A stretch of DNA of 59,508 bases from Octopus bimaculoides. Lineage: Eukaryota. Made by a program: the position numbers and the translations under genes. Location: assembly GCF_001194135.2 (NCBI RefSeq), contig NC_068982.1, positions 47,359,733-47,419,240 on the forward strand, given 5' to 3'. Below the pieces are notes generated by a model. That model had not been told where the DNA came from. It saw nothing but the letters and a program-made list of their open reading frames with translations, and searched no databases. Positions 36,872-48,605 of this stretch are shown piece after piece (position 1 is the first letter of the stretch; each line of letters starts with the position of its first letter).

Positions 36872-37224
36872 GCACACACACAGGCCCACTGAGAGGCAGT
36901 GTCAGCTGGAGCGGTGCCCCGAGGCCCATGAATTCAAGCGGACTACAAGCCAGACAAGGAAAAAATACAAGGATGTACCTTAAATAAATTTAATAGAAAT
37001 GAAGAAAGTAAATGAAAGAAGCTTGTCAACGAATTCCCTACGGAGATAAAAGAAAAACGAAAGAAATCAAAGAAAATGTAAATGAGAATGTCAACTACGA
37101 CAACAATTACAAGAACAACTTCGACAGAAAAGACAAGAAAAATAAGCAATTGTGATGAAAGGTGTGCGTATATACTTATACATACGTACATACATACATA
37201 CATACATACATGCATGCATGCATG

Positions 37225-37256
<32 letters not shown>

Positions 37257-37261
37257 CACAG

Positions 37262-38590
37262 GCCGACGTTGGTGTTTGACGAGGTTGAAAAGCTGGTCTT
37301 CGATACCAGACATATGATGGTGCAGCTAATATGGCAGGTAAACATCTTGGTTGTCAAGCAGAAGTAAAGAAAATTCAGCCTCTGGCCCGTTACGTGCACT
37401 GCGACGCTTATATTTCTCAATTCATTATAGCTAAGTCCGTTCAACAAGCTTCGTTTATCAAAGATGCTCTTGATTACGTATATAGTACATCAGGGAATTT
37501 TAAGCCCACGTATTTATCGCAACATGATGAAGAAAATGAAATATCGTCACCACGCTCCTTAAAACCTGTGTGCTCTACTCAATGGCTAACACGGCTTTCT
37601 TCTGTCAAAGCCCTTCTTGAAATTTATTCAGATATCCTCATTCCCTTACAAGAAGCAACAAATGAGTTTGGCACCAACATTGCATCCAGAGCTAATGGTA
37701 TTCTTACGTGTCTCTCTAGGGCCAATGTGTTCTTGGATTGCATGTTGTAGTTCCATTACTTCAATTGCTTGAAAGATTGAATAAATATTTTCAAAGTACC
37801 ACCGTCAATCTACGTGGCATGTTGCATAGTGTCAAACTGGTGCAGGAAGAGCTAAAAGATCTATGTAGTGAAGAAAAATTTCAGGAGCTGTTCAATATAG
37901 CAGAAAAAATTATTTATCAACTCGGTATTTCACCTTTGGAGCTACCCAGGCAACGAAATGTTTCTAAAAGACACCAGGAAGGAAATGCCTTAAAATATCA
38001 ACAACGTACTGTATTGGATCATTGCAGAGTGCAGTAATTGCAGGTAGTGGATACTGCAATAGCAAATTTGAAAGATTATTTTTTTTCACAGGATTTAGCA
38101 GATTATGAAAAACTGAGCAAATTTTATTCAATGGAACTGTGCTGAAGTGATCATGCAGTATCCAGAGCTTGATAAATTTTCTGTAAGGAACGAAATATAT
38201 TTTTATAGAAATCATCATAGTGGATCATCTCTTGAGGATCATCGTAAAGTATTCGGTGAAATGCAACCAGAAGTTCGTTGCATATTTCCAAATGTTGAGC
38301 GATTGCTCAGGCTACTTTTATTGTTTCCAGCCAATTCTTGTGAAGCTGAAAGATTTTTTAGCGGTTTGTGGAGACTCAAAACTTGGCTGCGATCGGCCAT
38401 GGCTCAGCAAAGATTCAACCATTTTCTAATATGCCACGTTCATAGAGATGTTTTGAAAAAGATGAGTTGTGAAGAAGCTGCTAAATTATTTATTGACAGC
38501 AATGATGCAAGATATAATACATTTGGAAAGTTCTAAAAGACAATAAACACACTTTATATTTGTCCCCCTCACATTTTTAAGGCAAACGGG
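37262..38590 (+). pseudogene. hAT transposase pseudogene, Tip100/ZMYM1-like clade (5' part lost)
   Basis: YQTYDGAANMAG..YVHCDA..LKPVCSTQWLTR..FPNVERLLRLLLL.P..SCEAERFFSGLWRLKTWLRSAMAQQRFNH..CHVH (hAT dimerisation domain). Several frameshifts and stops. Confidence 0.9.
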
Positions 38591-38744
38591 TGTTTTCAAT
38601 TCGTGGGCATGTCACCGTTAGAATATGTACCAAGCTTAAAAGTAAGTACTGGTCTCGATTCATTCAGCTAGAAATTTCAAAATGGTGCCCCAGCATAACT
38701 GCAGTCTAATGACTGAAACAAAAGATTACACACACACACACGCA

Positions 38745-38751
38745 CACACAC

Positions 38752-38794
<43 letters not shown>

Positions 38795-38860
38795 ATGTAT
38801 GTATGTATGTATGTATGTATGTATGTATACATATGTATGTGTGTGTGTATATAAATATAT
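38745..38860. repeat. (CA)n-(TA)n-(TATG)n compound microsatellite
   Basis: Direct reading. Confidence 0.9.
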
Positions 38861-39009
38861 ATAGGATAATAAAGTGGATGGTTTACACCTGGTAGCTTAC
38901 TGGTAAAGCACGGTCACTTTTACAGTCATCGTTATGTATATGGCAAATGGAAGACGGAAGGTAGAATATACGAGAATTTATTATTAATCACAACAATTGT
39001 TTCGATACA

Positions 39010-41313
39010 TCTAGCATCGATCCATCATGGGCAGGCCACTCAACAACTGGTTTAGGAGCATTCGGCGGCGCTGATGTATCTCGTCGGGTGTTGAATAATT
39101 ACAACTCGTTAAAATAACTGTTCCGCAATGTAACTTCTCGTTTTGTTGAAAGAAAAGCAGCCAGACGGAGGAAATATCTTCATTTATACAGAAGATCAAA
39201 AATAAAGTCACAGATGGCAAAAAGAGAAATGAACATGCAATCCGCACAGAGTTCAAAGACATGANNNNNNNNNNNNNNNNNNNNNNNNNNNNNNNNNNNN
39301 NNNNNNNNNNNNNNNNNNNNNNNNNNNNNNNNNNNNNNNNNNNNNNNNNNNNNNNNNNNNNNNNNNNNNNNNNNNNNNNNNNNNNNNNNNNNNNNNNNNN
39401 NNNNNNNNNNNNNNNNNNNNNNNNNNNNNNNNNNNNNNNNNNNNNNNNNNNNNNNNNNNNNNNNNNNNNNNNNNNNNNNNNNNNNNNNNNNNNNNNNNNN
39501 NNNNNNNNNNNNNNNNNNNNNNNNNNNNNNNNNNNNNNNNNNNGATTAATAATAAATTTTCGTATATTCCATCTTCCATCTTTCATTTGCTATATATAAT
39601 TATTTGTAATGTCCCTCATGTACTAATACCATTGAACAACAGTAGATTTTGAAAGACCGACTTTTTAATGGACTCTTTACCAAAAACAGGTAGTGTATAA
39701 TTTATTTACTTTGTCTAAAAAAAAATATTTACTTTGTTTAGAAAATACCCTCATACATGTTTTGCGCATGACGCACACTCACGCTAGGTAGTCGTAGGAT
39801 CGACTAGTCACGACTCGCTAGCGTGGATGCGCGAGTGCGCGCACCGGGACCACTCTTCTTGAATAATACCCATTGTTCATCTTTCACATCCTACAACATG
39901 CCGTTATAACAACAAATTTTTATCGTCATAACTGTTGACTCCGACATTTCATAGTATTGTGTACCTAATTAATTTTACCTGTTACAATTGGTAACTACAC
40001 AAATTATTATCGTTATAATTGGTGACCCTCGACATCAACAATAAAACCTACCCATTACAGATATTATGTTCAAAAAGGAAAGACTTGAAAATGTGAAAAA
40101 TAGTTGCACCTCTTGAATCAAGTTGCAATTTCTCTGTGAACAGCATTTCCTTACAAGGTTGAAGGTCTTCGCTGAAATACCGAACATATACAATCATCAA
40201 ACATTGATTGTCCACAACAGTTGACTCATCCACTTGTATAGAAATTTCAGAACGCTGGAGAATATTAATGAGCTGATGTTTAACATCGTTGGCCATTTTA
40301 TCGATGCTTTGAGAAATTGTGTTATTATTAAGTGGNNNNNNNNNNGCAAAGAAGGCACATTGGTAACTGACAGTTCTGAGGAGAGGGAATAAATCCAAAC
40401 GATAAATAATCACTATTGTACTGTCGACAAATTTTCTTGACTGGAGGCATCAGTAAAGTGAAAATGTGAAAACGAATTTCTACAGATGGCGTCAGAAATG
40501 CAGTATGATATTCCCAAAGAGAAGAAGAATTCAATAGAGCAGAGTCAGATGACATGTCTTTACTGGAGCAAATATGGATCTAGTTCGTTTGACTGCCAAC
40601 ATTTCAAAAATTGAAGTTAATCGAAAATTTTAGAATTTGGCACATTAATGTACCTTTCCAAGCTAGATTGCTGGAGTTATTTAACTTTTTCCAGAAGGAT
40701 GTTTTAAAAAAGTTATAGAGGTTTAAAGCTTGATCATTTTCACCCAGTCAAGAAACACGATTTCAAAGCTGTCATTTTGTGCGTGACTGCACATTTTGTC
40801 AACATCCTGAAAATAGCACTTGTGTTTTGATATGAAACCACAGAATTACGCACGACATATAACCTCTCATAACTTTCTTTTATTTTTTGGAGTTTTCAAG
40901 AAATTTTTGCGAATTTGAATTCTACACACGGGACTTCATACGATTATACAAAACAAAAATTGTAGTGGGGTGTGATTTAAGGCCTAGGCCTATTTGGCTG
41001 CTGTTTTTACGCATGGCAACCATCTCAATAACTGCGACAAAAATATTCTATCGATAAACAAGTCCACGCTTGTAATACAAAGGGACGTCTCATGCGAGTA
41101 GTCAAATCGATAAAAGTGCATCCTTATTCTAGGTATGCCTAGAAATCAGTAAATGCAGACTTAATTTCTAAAAATTCATTGTCACCCACAAAATGTTCAT
41201 ATCGCCCGCCAAAATCTCAAATCACCCACCATTTTCTAGAAACTTGCCCATTACCCACCTGTAAGTTGAAATCGCCCACCAGTGGGTGATATCGCCCTCT
41301 TTGGGAACCTATA
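39010..41313 (-). mobile_element. Buster-clade hAT element remnant (ZBED5/ZBED8/TcBuster-like transposase), interrupted
   Basis: MPPVKKICRQYNSDYLSFGFIPS..LPMCLLC (BED finger start); PLNNNTISQSIDKMANDVKHQL..ISIQVDEST..MIVYVRY..EMLF (first catalytic D). Further fragment 39010-39264. Terminal TTTGGGAACCTAT at 41300-41313 with CGCCC/CACCC subterminal repeats. Confidence 0.85.
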
Positions 41314-41367
41314 GTTTAAATGTTTGAGTAAATAGATGCATACACCGGCAGAAATGTAAGAAGGATA

Positions 41368-41705
41368 TGATGGATGGATGGATGGATGGATGGATGGATG
41401 GANNNNNNNNNNNNNNNNNNNNNNNNNNNNNNNNNNNNNNNNNNNNNNNNNNNNNNNNNNNNNNNNNNNNNNNNNNNNNNNNNNNNNNNNNNNNNNNNNN
41501 NNNNNNNNNNNNNNNNNNNNNNNNNNNNNNNNNNNNNNNNNNNNNNNNNNNNNNNNNNNGTGGGTGGATGGATGGATGGACGGGCGGACGGACGGATGGA
41601 AGAACGGGGCGTACGGACGGATGGAAGAACGGGGCGGTCGGATGGGAGGGCGGATGGATGGGTGGATGGATAGAAGGATGGGCAGGCAGGCAGGCAGGCA
41701 GGCAG
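41368..41705. repeat. (GGAT)n/(GGAC)n/(GGCA)n tetranucleotide tract with gap
   Basis: Direct reading. Confidence 0.9.
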
Positions 41706-42062
41706 GGAGATAAACACATCGATAAACACAAACAAACATATCGATTTGCCCTTTCAATTACTGCCAACGTGAATTTTTATATCTTCTCAAGAATCAAATG
41801 TTTCAGAAAAATATACAATTTCATTACACAATTCACAAAATATCCGTGGAATTTCCGCCGGTACTGCTAGTGTAGAATAAAATGTGTATGCATTTCTTGT
41901 TGCATAAAACGGAAAAGACAAGTGTGAGAAAGAGAGAAAGGCAGATAAGACAGAATGAGCCCCGTTGTCAATAGTTTAACAAGCTAAATAAGAAAAATTC
42001 CGTTGTGATAGGAAAACAATACAATATTCTACAGTAAACAATGTAGCTAACATATACACATA

Positions 42063-42555
42063 CAATAATCACTCGCCATATCGCGGTTTACCTATCTCGC
42101 CCTCAGTACATCGTAGATTCTTCTGGCTAATATATGTAAATTTATATCGCAGACTCCTAAGTATATCGAGGGTTTCTGCAGCCGATAAGTATTTATATAT
42201 TTTTAGATTGTAAGTGTTTCCGTGGTAAAATAAGCATTTTCACGCCTAAAAATTAATAAATTAATAAATAAGAATACAGTATAGTACTGCATTGTATAAT
42301 ACATTGATTAAAATATATTAAAAGAAAATACGTAGTGTACCGCAGATGAGTGAACAAAAAATCAAATACAGTATGGAAAACGAAACTTGCGAGGCGAGTG
42401 TGTGGTGTTGTTTTGCATTTATAATAAAATAAATGCATACAAATTATAAAAACGATAAAATATATATATAGCACAGTACTGTTCCTACTTCGCGAATTTT
42501 TACCTATCGCGGGGTGTTTTGGAACGTAACACCCGCGATAGTCGATGGATTACTG
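42063..42555. mobile_element. Tigger/pogo-type MITE (about 493 bp), TA TSD
   Basis: TA|CAATAATCACTCGCCATATCGCGG ... CCCGCGATAGTCGATGGATTACTG|TA. Confidence 0.8.
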
Positions 42556-42559
42556 TATA

Positions 42560-42776
42560 CGAGGAGGTGCTGAAAAGTTCCTGGCGTTAAGAGTGTCACG
42601 AAAGGCTTGATTGGAGGCTCAACCTTCTGAGTTCTTTTATAGGGCTTAGAAAAACTGAAGAACCGTTGCAATATGTGTGTGAATCTGAGACGGGGACATG
42701 TTGAAAGAAATCATAATTAACTGACCCTTCTATATTTTCTTTTGCCCAAAGCCAGGAACTTTTCAGCACACCCTCG
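42560..42776 (+). mobile_element. mariner deletion derivative (217 bp), TA TSD
   Basis: TIRs CGAGGAGGTGCTGAAAAGTTCCTGGC / GCCAGGAACTTTTCAGCACACCCTCG. The interior encodes a decayed mariner C-terminus (EFFYRxLEKLKNRCNMCVNLRRGHVE). Confidence 0.88.
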
Positions 42777-42858
42777 TATGTATGTATGTATGTATGTATG
42801 TATGTATGTATGTATGTATGTATGTATGTATGTATGTATGTATGTATGTATGTATGTA
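42777..42858. repeat. (TATG)n microsatellite
   Basis: Direct reading. It begins at the mariner TA TSD. Confidence 0.95.
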
Positions 42859-43214
42859 TTAACCGCATTCTTAAAAAAGAAACGAAAAAGAAACACGAAC
42901 AAATTATTGTCTTTCAAAGAAAGCGGTTTTCCATACTTCTAAAAAAGAACATGAGATGATGGCAATGATAGGATGGACGTTCACCTATGTCATAGAAAAA
43001 AGATATATTTCTTTTTTTATTCTGAATGATTGTTATGTTCTGCTATCATCATTCTGTAAACAAGCGGTCTCATCCTTTTTTGCACCACAGACCGGTTTCA
43101 TGCAAAACATTTAATTTTACCACAGACCATGGAATCATGCGCGTAGCAAAACACAATCAAACGCATAATACATAATCTAATTATTACATTTGTAATATAT
43201 ATATACTAATCACC

Positions 43215-43556
43215 TTCCTTGAGGAAAATGACTTGCTAACTGACACCCAGTATGGTTTCCGACCAGGAAGAAACTGCCTGACTCAGCTCTTACAACACTA
43301 TGACTGGGTGTTGAAACAGCTGCTCAATCACTCAAATGTGGAAGTGATATATCTCGACTTTGCAAAGGCATTCGATAAAGTCGATCATGAATATGTCACA
43401 AACTGCATGATTTCGGCATAGTCGGGAAATTGGGAAAATGGCTGCATGACTTTCTGAAGGATAGAAGTCAGGTGGTAGTAGCCAATGGACCCACCTCCAA
43501 TGACAAGCAAATAGTGAGCGGTGTTCCGCAAGGCACTGTTTTGGGACCACTGCTGT
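43215..43556 (+). pseudogene. CR1/L2-type non-LTR reverse transcriptase fragment
   Basis: QYGFRPGRNCLTQLL..VEVIYLDFAKAFDKVDH /frameshift/ KLHDFGIVGKLGKWLHDFLKDRSQVVVANG..SGVPQGTVLGPLL (RT motifs). Confidence 0.9.
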
Positions 43557-43999
43557 GTCTTTCCTCACTGACGCAGATTCCATGCATCTTTGGCATGAGC
43601 ATCGCTAATACATATTCCCACCACGTTTTCTTGTACTCATAAAATGCTTCTTCGTTTTGCATAATTTTCTTTTGGGTATAACACCCTTTTCTTGCAAGTA
43701 CGAAACCGCATCCTCCTCTAATGCGTGATTTAAGGCTTATTTGGCAGCTATTTTTTGCACATATGACAACCACCTTAATGACTGGAATATATTTGTCAAC
43801 ACGTGCTTTCTCCCAGACAAAAGAGTTTTCATGTTCGGCTTGTTACTATGGAAACAGGCATTAATGTAGCTTACGGTTGGCTAAAATTACCCAAAATTAT
43901 CAAACTTTAATACCTAATAACTTTATTGATTTATGGTGAACACGATTTTCATGGCATTGATTAGCATATAAATATATATAATTTCACTGAATATGAAAT

Positions 44000-44245
44000 C
44001 GATTCGAACAGAAATGGAAGAGATTGAAAATTGGCAGCCGAACAGAAAAGATCCCTGGGTTATAGTTGATCGCGGCAGTTTCAGTCGGTTAAGAATTTTG
44101 CGACTGAAGCAGGAAGTGACGACAATAATATACCAAAATTTCATGAAACACGTTTGATATCCGATAGTTGGGCTCCCTATGTAGGTTTCGACAACTTCTA
44201 TACTCATAATTTGTCAACCAGCCACTCAGTTGTGTTGATCCAAAC
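44000..44245 (+). pseudogene. Probable Merlin (IS1016-like/ISXO2) transposase remnant, cut off by a SINE insertion
   Basis: PWVIVDRG..IIPKFHETRLISDSWAPYVGFDNFYTHN..VN..VDP resembles the Merlin pattern WVFGxxER..IxSDxWxAY..HxxVNH..FVDP. Confidence 0.5.
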
Positions 44246-44249
44246 GATG

Positions 44250-44655
44250 AAAGCGGCGAGCTGGCAGAAACGTTAGCACGCCGGGCGAAATGCATATCGG
44301 TATTTTGTCTGCCGTTACGTTCTGAGTTCAAATTCCGCCGAGGTCGACTTTGCCTTTCATCCTTTCGGGGTCGATAAATTAAGTACCAGTTACGCACTGG
44401 GGTCTATGTAATCGACTTAATCCGTTCGTCTGTTCTTGTTTGTTCCCTCTATGTTTAGCCCCTTGTGGGCAATAACGAAATAGGTATTTCGTCTGCCGCT
44501 CGTTCAAATTCCGCCGAGGTCGACTTTGCCTTTCATCCTTTCGGGGTCGATTAAATAAGTACCAGTTACGCACTGGGGTCGATATAATCGACTTAAACCG
44601 TTTGTCTGACCTTGCTTGTCCCCTCTGTGTGTAGCCCCTTGTGAGCAGTAAAGAA
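44250..44655 (+). mobile_element. Dimeric SINE A (two tail type 2 monomers, second 5'-truncated)
   Basis: Full head at 44250. Junction GAAATA|GGTATTTCGTCTGCCG at about 44480. Confidence 0.88.
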
Positions 44656-44884
44656 ATAAAACGATGACAGCATCCATACACAGACTATAGGAGGGTAATG
44701 GATACTCGCCAAGAAGAACACTTGGCAACAATGTGGGAATATTGATATTTATATCGTATCTCCATGAGCATGTGTGACGAAACAAATTTAGAGATTGTGA
44801 AATTTACGAATTTTCCCAAAGATGTGATTGTCTCCTAGCTTATACAAAACATATACATGGTTTCCGTGTTATATTAAATGTTGG

Positions 44885-45292
44885 CACTCCGTCGCTTACG
44901 ACGTCAAGGGTTCCAACTCGTGAAATTAACGTGCAAGTGGCTGAGCACTCCACAGACACGTGTACCTTTAACGTAGCTCTCGGGGATATTCAGCGTGACA
45001 CAATGTGACAAGGCTGGCCCTTTGAATTACAGNNNNNNNNNNACGTAGCTCTCGGGGATATTCAGCGTGACACAATGTGACAAGGCTGGCCCTTTGAATT
45101 ACAGGCACAACAGAAACAGGAAGTAAAAGTGAGAGAAAGTTGTGGTGAAAGAGTACGGCAGTGTTCTCTACCATCTCCTGCCGGAGCCTCGTGGAGCTTT
45201 AGGTGTTTTCGCTAAATAAACACTCACAACGCCCAGTCTGGGAATCGAAACCGCGAGTCCGCTTCCCCAACCACTGGGCCATTGCGCCTCCA
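44885..45292 (-). mobile_element. SINE family C (with an artefactual 62-bp duplication across the N10 gap)
   Basis: Matches 8350-8712. Head GGAGGCGCAATGGCCCAGTGGTT on the minus strand. Confidence 0.85.
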
Positions 45293-46034
45293 TGTTATAT
45301 TAAATATATGTACGTTAAAAAAAAAAAGGCAGAGATCAGACGTCGAAGACACAAAGAGCGACTAGCACTTCCTTGTCTCCCGCTAACCTTCTGCGATAAA
45401 TGCTCTTCTATTCCGCCCTTCGATACGAGAATTGAAGACACTTCAGCCAATGTATCTCAGCTCTCCCGCGAGAGCGCCACTACGTAGTTGCTCGATCTGT
45501 TGGAAATAGCAAACAAAACTCACTTGTATTTTAGCCTAAAGTCTTAAAAAGAACGATGCAGTTCTGAATATACACGCTTTGTGGTGGTGGTGAAGTTTTG
45601 GAAAAGAAGGAATTGTCTGGCCACCTTAATCATAGGTCTGTTTGATCAAAGTTGACCTTGGGTTAAACAACAACGGCAACAAGTATAAAAGCTTAAAACA
45701 AAAGTCCTTTGATGTATGGCTATTTGATTACACAAGCATGTGAAATAAAATGGTTTATCAGTTTATTATTTTCTGATAAAAGGTTTTTATCTAAGTGAAG
45801 GCTGCATACTTATTAAGCTTTACTCATTTCATGTTATGCACAACTATTCCTCCCGTTCCTTTCACCATGTAGCTTACCTGACTACGAAACGAAGAGTTGT
45901 CACTTTATTTTGTACGTTTTGTTTGCTCGGTTAATTACTTCGGTGTCTTCTATGGATGGTATCCAAGAAACTGTTCGAGCTACGAAATCGAAAAAAGTTT
46001 TTATTCGTGGTTTTACTAATCTTAATAATATCGA

Positions 46035-46695
46035 TTTCAAATTTCGGCACGAAGCCAGCAAGTACGAGGGATTTGTATGTAGATGACATCGACCCCAGTA
46101 CTCAAGTGGTAGTTATTTTATCGACCCCAAAATGATGGAAGTCAAAGTCGACCTTGGCGGAATTTGAACTCAGAACGTAAAGACGGACGAAATGCCGCAA
46201 AGCATTTCCCAGGCACGCTAACGAATAATATCGAAATATCTTAATAGTTTAGAAATGATAAACCTCAGTACTATAGGAACAAGGTCTGGAATTCTGGGAA
46301 AAAGGAGCTCGTCGATTACATCGACCCCGGTATTTGACTGGTGATTTTTTTTTATCGACAATGAAAGCATAACGGTAAAATCGAACGCGATATTTGAATT
46401 CAGGTCGAAAAGCCAGAAGAGATACTGCTTAAAATTTCGTCCGGCGCTCTAAGAATTGCAAAATTTTGCAAGCTTACCGCTTTCTTAATAATAATGATTT
46501 CAAATTTTAGCACAAGGCCATCAAGTTCGGGGGAAGGGGTAAACCAATTACATCGACCCCAGTGGTCGATTAGAACTTATGTTATCGACACCGAAAGGAT
46601 GAAAGACGAAGTCGACCTCGCTGGAATTTGAACTCAATGGACGAAACGCCGCAAAGAATTTCTCCCAGTGCGGTAACAGATCGCCACATCCACCT
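46035..46695 (-). mobile_element. Three tandem SINE A copies (46035-46222, 46270-46470, 46495-46695)
   Basis: Repeated tail-core-head reverse complements. Confidence 0.82.
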
Positions 46696-48109
46696 TCTTA
46701 ATGATAATGATAAACGAAATATAAAATTAAAAATGTCGATCAGCTTTATTCAGCATTCTATATTAACCGAGCTGTGGGTCACAGAATGAAATCAGTTACA
46801 TGAAAAACGAAATACAGTACAGGGAAATATTGGAAATTCTTTCAGATGCTGATGGCAGTTCCGAACTATGACTGTCGTACTAAAGAACCATTTCCTTTTT
46901 CTTGTTAACTTTTCGTACATATTTGATAAAAAATAAAAAAATCTTTCTATTATATAAACAAATTAGGCGGAAGAATTGTACGTCAGTCATAGACTATTTT
47001 GGTTTCTGAGTAGTTTCTTAATTAGGTTACTGACCTCGCCAATTTATTATTTGATTGTTTAATTGTTAAAATTTAAATGGCGAAATTTGGAAGTTCGAAA
47101 GGGCTACATTACAATTTTTATGTTTCACTGATAATGAACAGCTGGAGTTGAGGGTTTCACTGATTTAAGTTGTTCCATATGGCACCAACAATTTGATCAT
47201 TTCTCTCGAACAAGTTTCTTCTCATGTATTCTCGCCGCAGCATTAACACAACTGAATTAGGTTGTGTTGGAAAGCGTGAGTTCGTTGTTCAAATCGTTTA
47301 CCTAAAATCCAGTATGTATCTGTTCCCGGATCCGGTAACTACTTGCCGTGAGATACGCCTGCAAATATATTGTGGCAAGTCACAATCATCTAAATTCAAG
47401 ATACGTGCCCCATATTCAGCAATCTCCTTCATCCATGCTAACCTCTACGATTGTGGGAACTGGAGAGTATGAAGTGATCATATAATTACAATGCGTGTTT
47501 ACTTGCAGTTGGAGAATGCCTGCGATAACTAAAATATTCAACAAAATTCTTGCAAAATTCGGTTACTGCTATGACATTCACGAAATTTGACATACTTGTT
47601 CTCTCAGTGGAGCAAGTGATAAATTTACAAGCTGGCGTACTAACTCACTGAGAAGGATACAGTTTCTGTTGGAGGCTTACGAAAACTGAACCAACTTCTA
47701 AGATCAATCATGAAGGACTGTCCACCATTAAGTGAAACCATTTTCGATGCTCAAGGTGTACAATAGTTATTTCGAATCCAGATGTTCCCTGTTTATGATC
47801 ATTTTGCAAACCACGTTTACAAATAGGCTATATATTTTACTCTCGACACAGACAATCCAGATGTACCAGTCGAGAAGGTAGTGAAACTGGTGACCGGTAA
47901 TAAAGTCACAATTATTTTATGGTGGCCAGTAATAAAGTCACAATTAATTTATGGGATCCGTACAAAAACCCTCGTACAAAATTTCCCCGGTCAAAACCCC
48001 AGTGACTNNNNNNNNNNNNNNNNNNNNNNNNNNNNNNNNNNNNNNNNNNNNNNNNNNNNNNNNNNNNNNNNNNNNNNNNNNNNNNNNNCCGTGACTTTTT
48101 TTTTTTTAC

Positions 48110-48244
48110 CTGGATTCGTGAAGCTATCCACATATTGAAGAACACCGGGGCTTCGGGTGAAGGTGGTTTAACTGTCACGATCTTCAAAACTGCTCCGATG
48201 GCTTGACCTTCACCATATGACCATTCTTGTCTGATACATTGAAT
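48110..48244 (-). other. Candidate 135-bp phase-0/0 exon
   Basis: Acceptor TTTCTCTTTTGTGCGAG, single open frame IQCIRQEWSYGEGQAIGAVLKIVTVKPPSPEAPVFFNMWIASRIQ, donor CAG|GTAAAA. The donor overlaps a transposon end. Confidence 0.25.
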
Positions 48245-48414
48245 CTCGCACAAAAGAGAAACTCATGTAGGTAAAAGTAAATGATCTCCGAAGGAAATTG
48301 GAATTCGATTGAGGACTCGTTTTTCTATTTTCTGTTTCACCCTAACCCTAACCTCCCACCATCCTTCACGTCTCGTTGGTTTTGAATTTTCATCGATGCT
48401 TCTGTAACTTACCT

Positions 48415-48605
48415 TTTTTTCTAGGTTGGGTTGTTGGCCTACATAAAGCTAATGTTTTACCTCTAGCAAGAGGTGGTCCATATTAATCTGGCCTCTATCC
48501 TTTGACCTTTCCTGTATGGGAGGTCCTACTGGGAGTTTGCACTCCGCTGGCATAGCTCTCAGAGTCACTGAATCACACAAGCTACCACAGTGCAACAAGG
48601 AATAA
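48415..48605 (-). mobile_element. RTE-clade LINE 5' UTR fragment
   Basis: Minus strand CCTTGTTGC..CTGAGAGCTATGCCAGCGGAGTG..ACTCC..CAGGAAAGGTCAAAGGATAGAGGCCAGA..GTAGGCCAACAACCC matches the conserved RTE/BovB-like leader. Confidence 0.65.

Noticed and set aside
44971-45104. Exact 62-bp duplication inside SINE C across a 10-N gap
   Set aside because: Same artefact; the intact copy at 8350-8712 has the segment once.
47224-47472. 82-aa ORF in unique sequence
   Set aside because: No recognisable domain or splice signals; length is within chance range.
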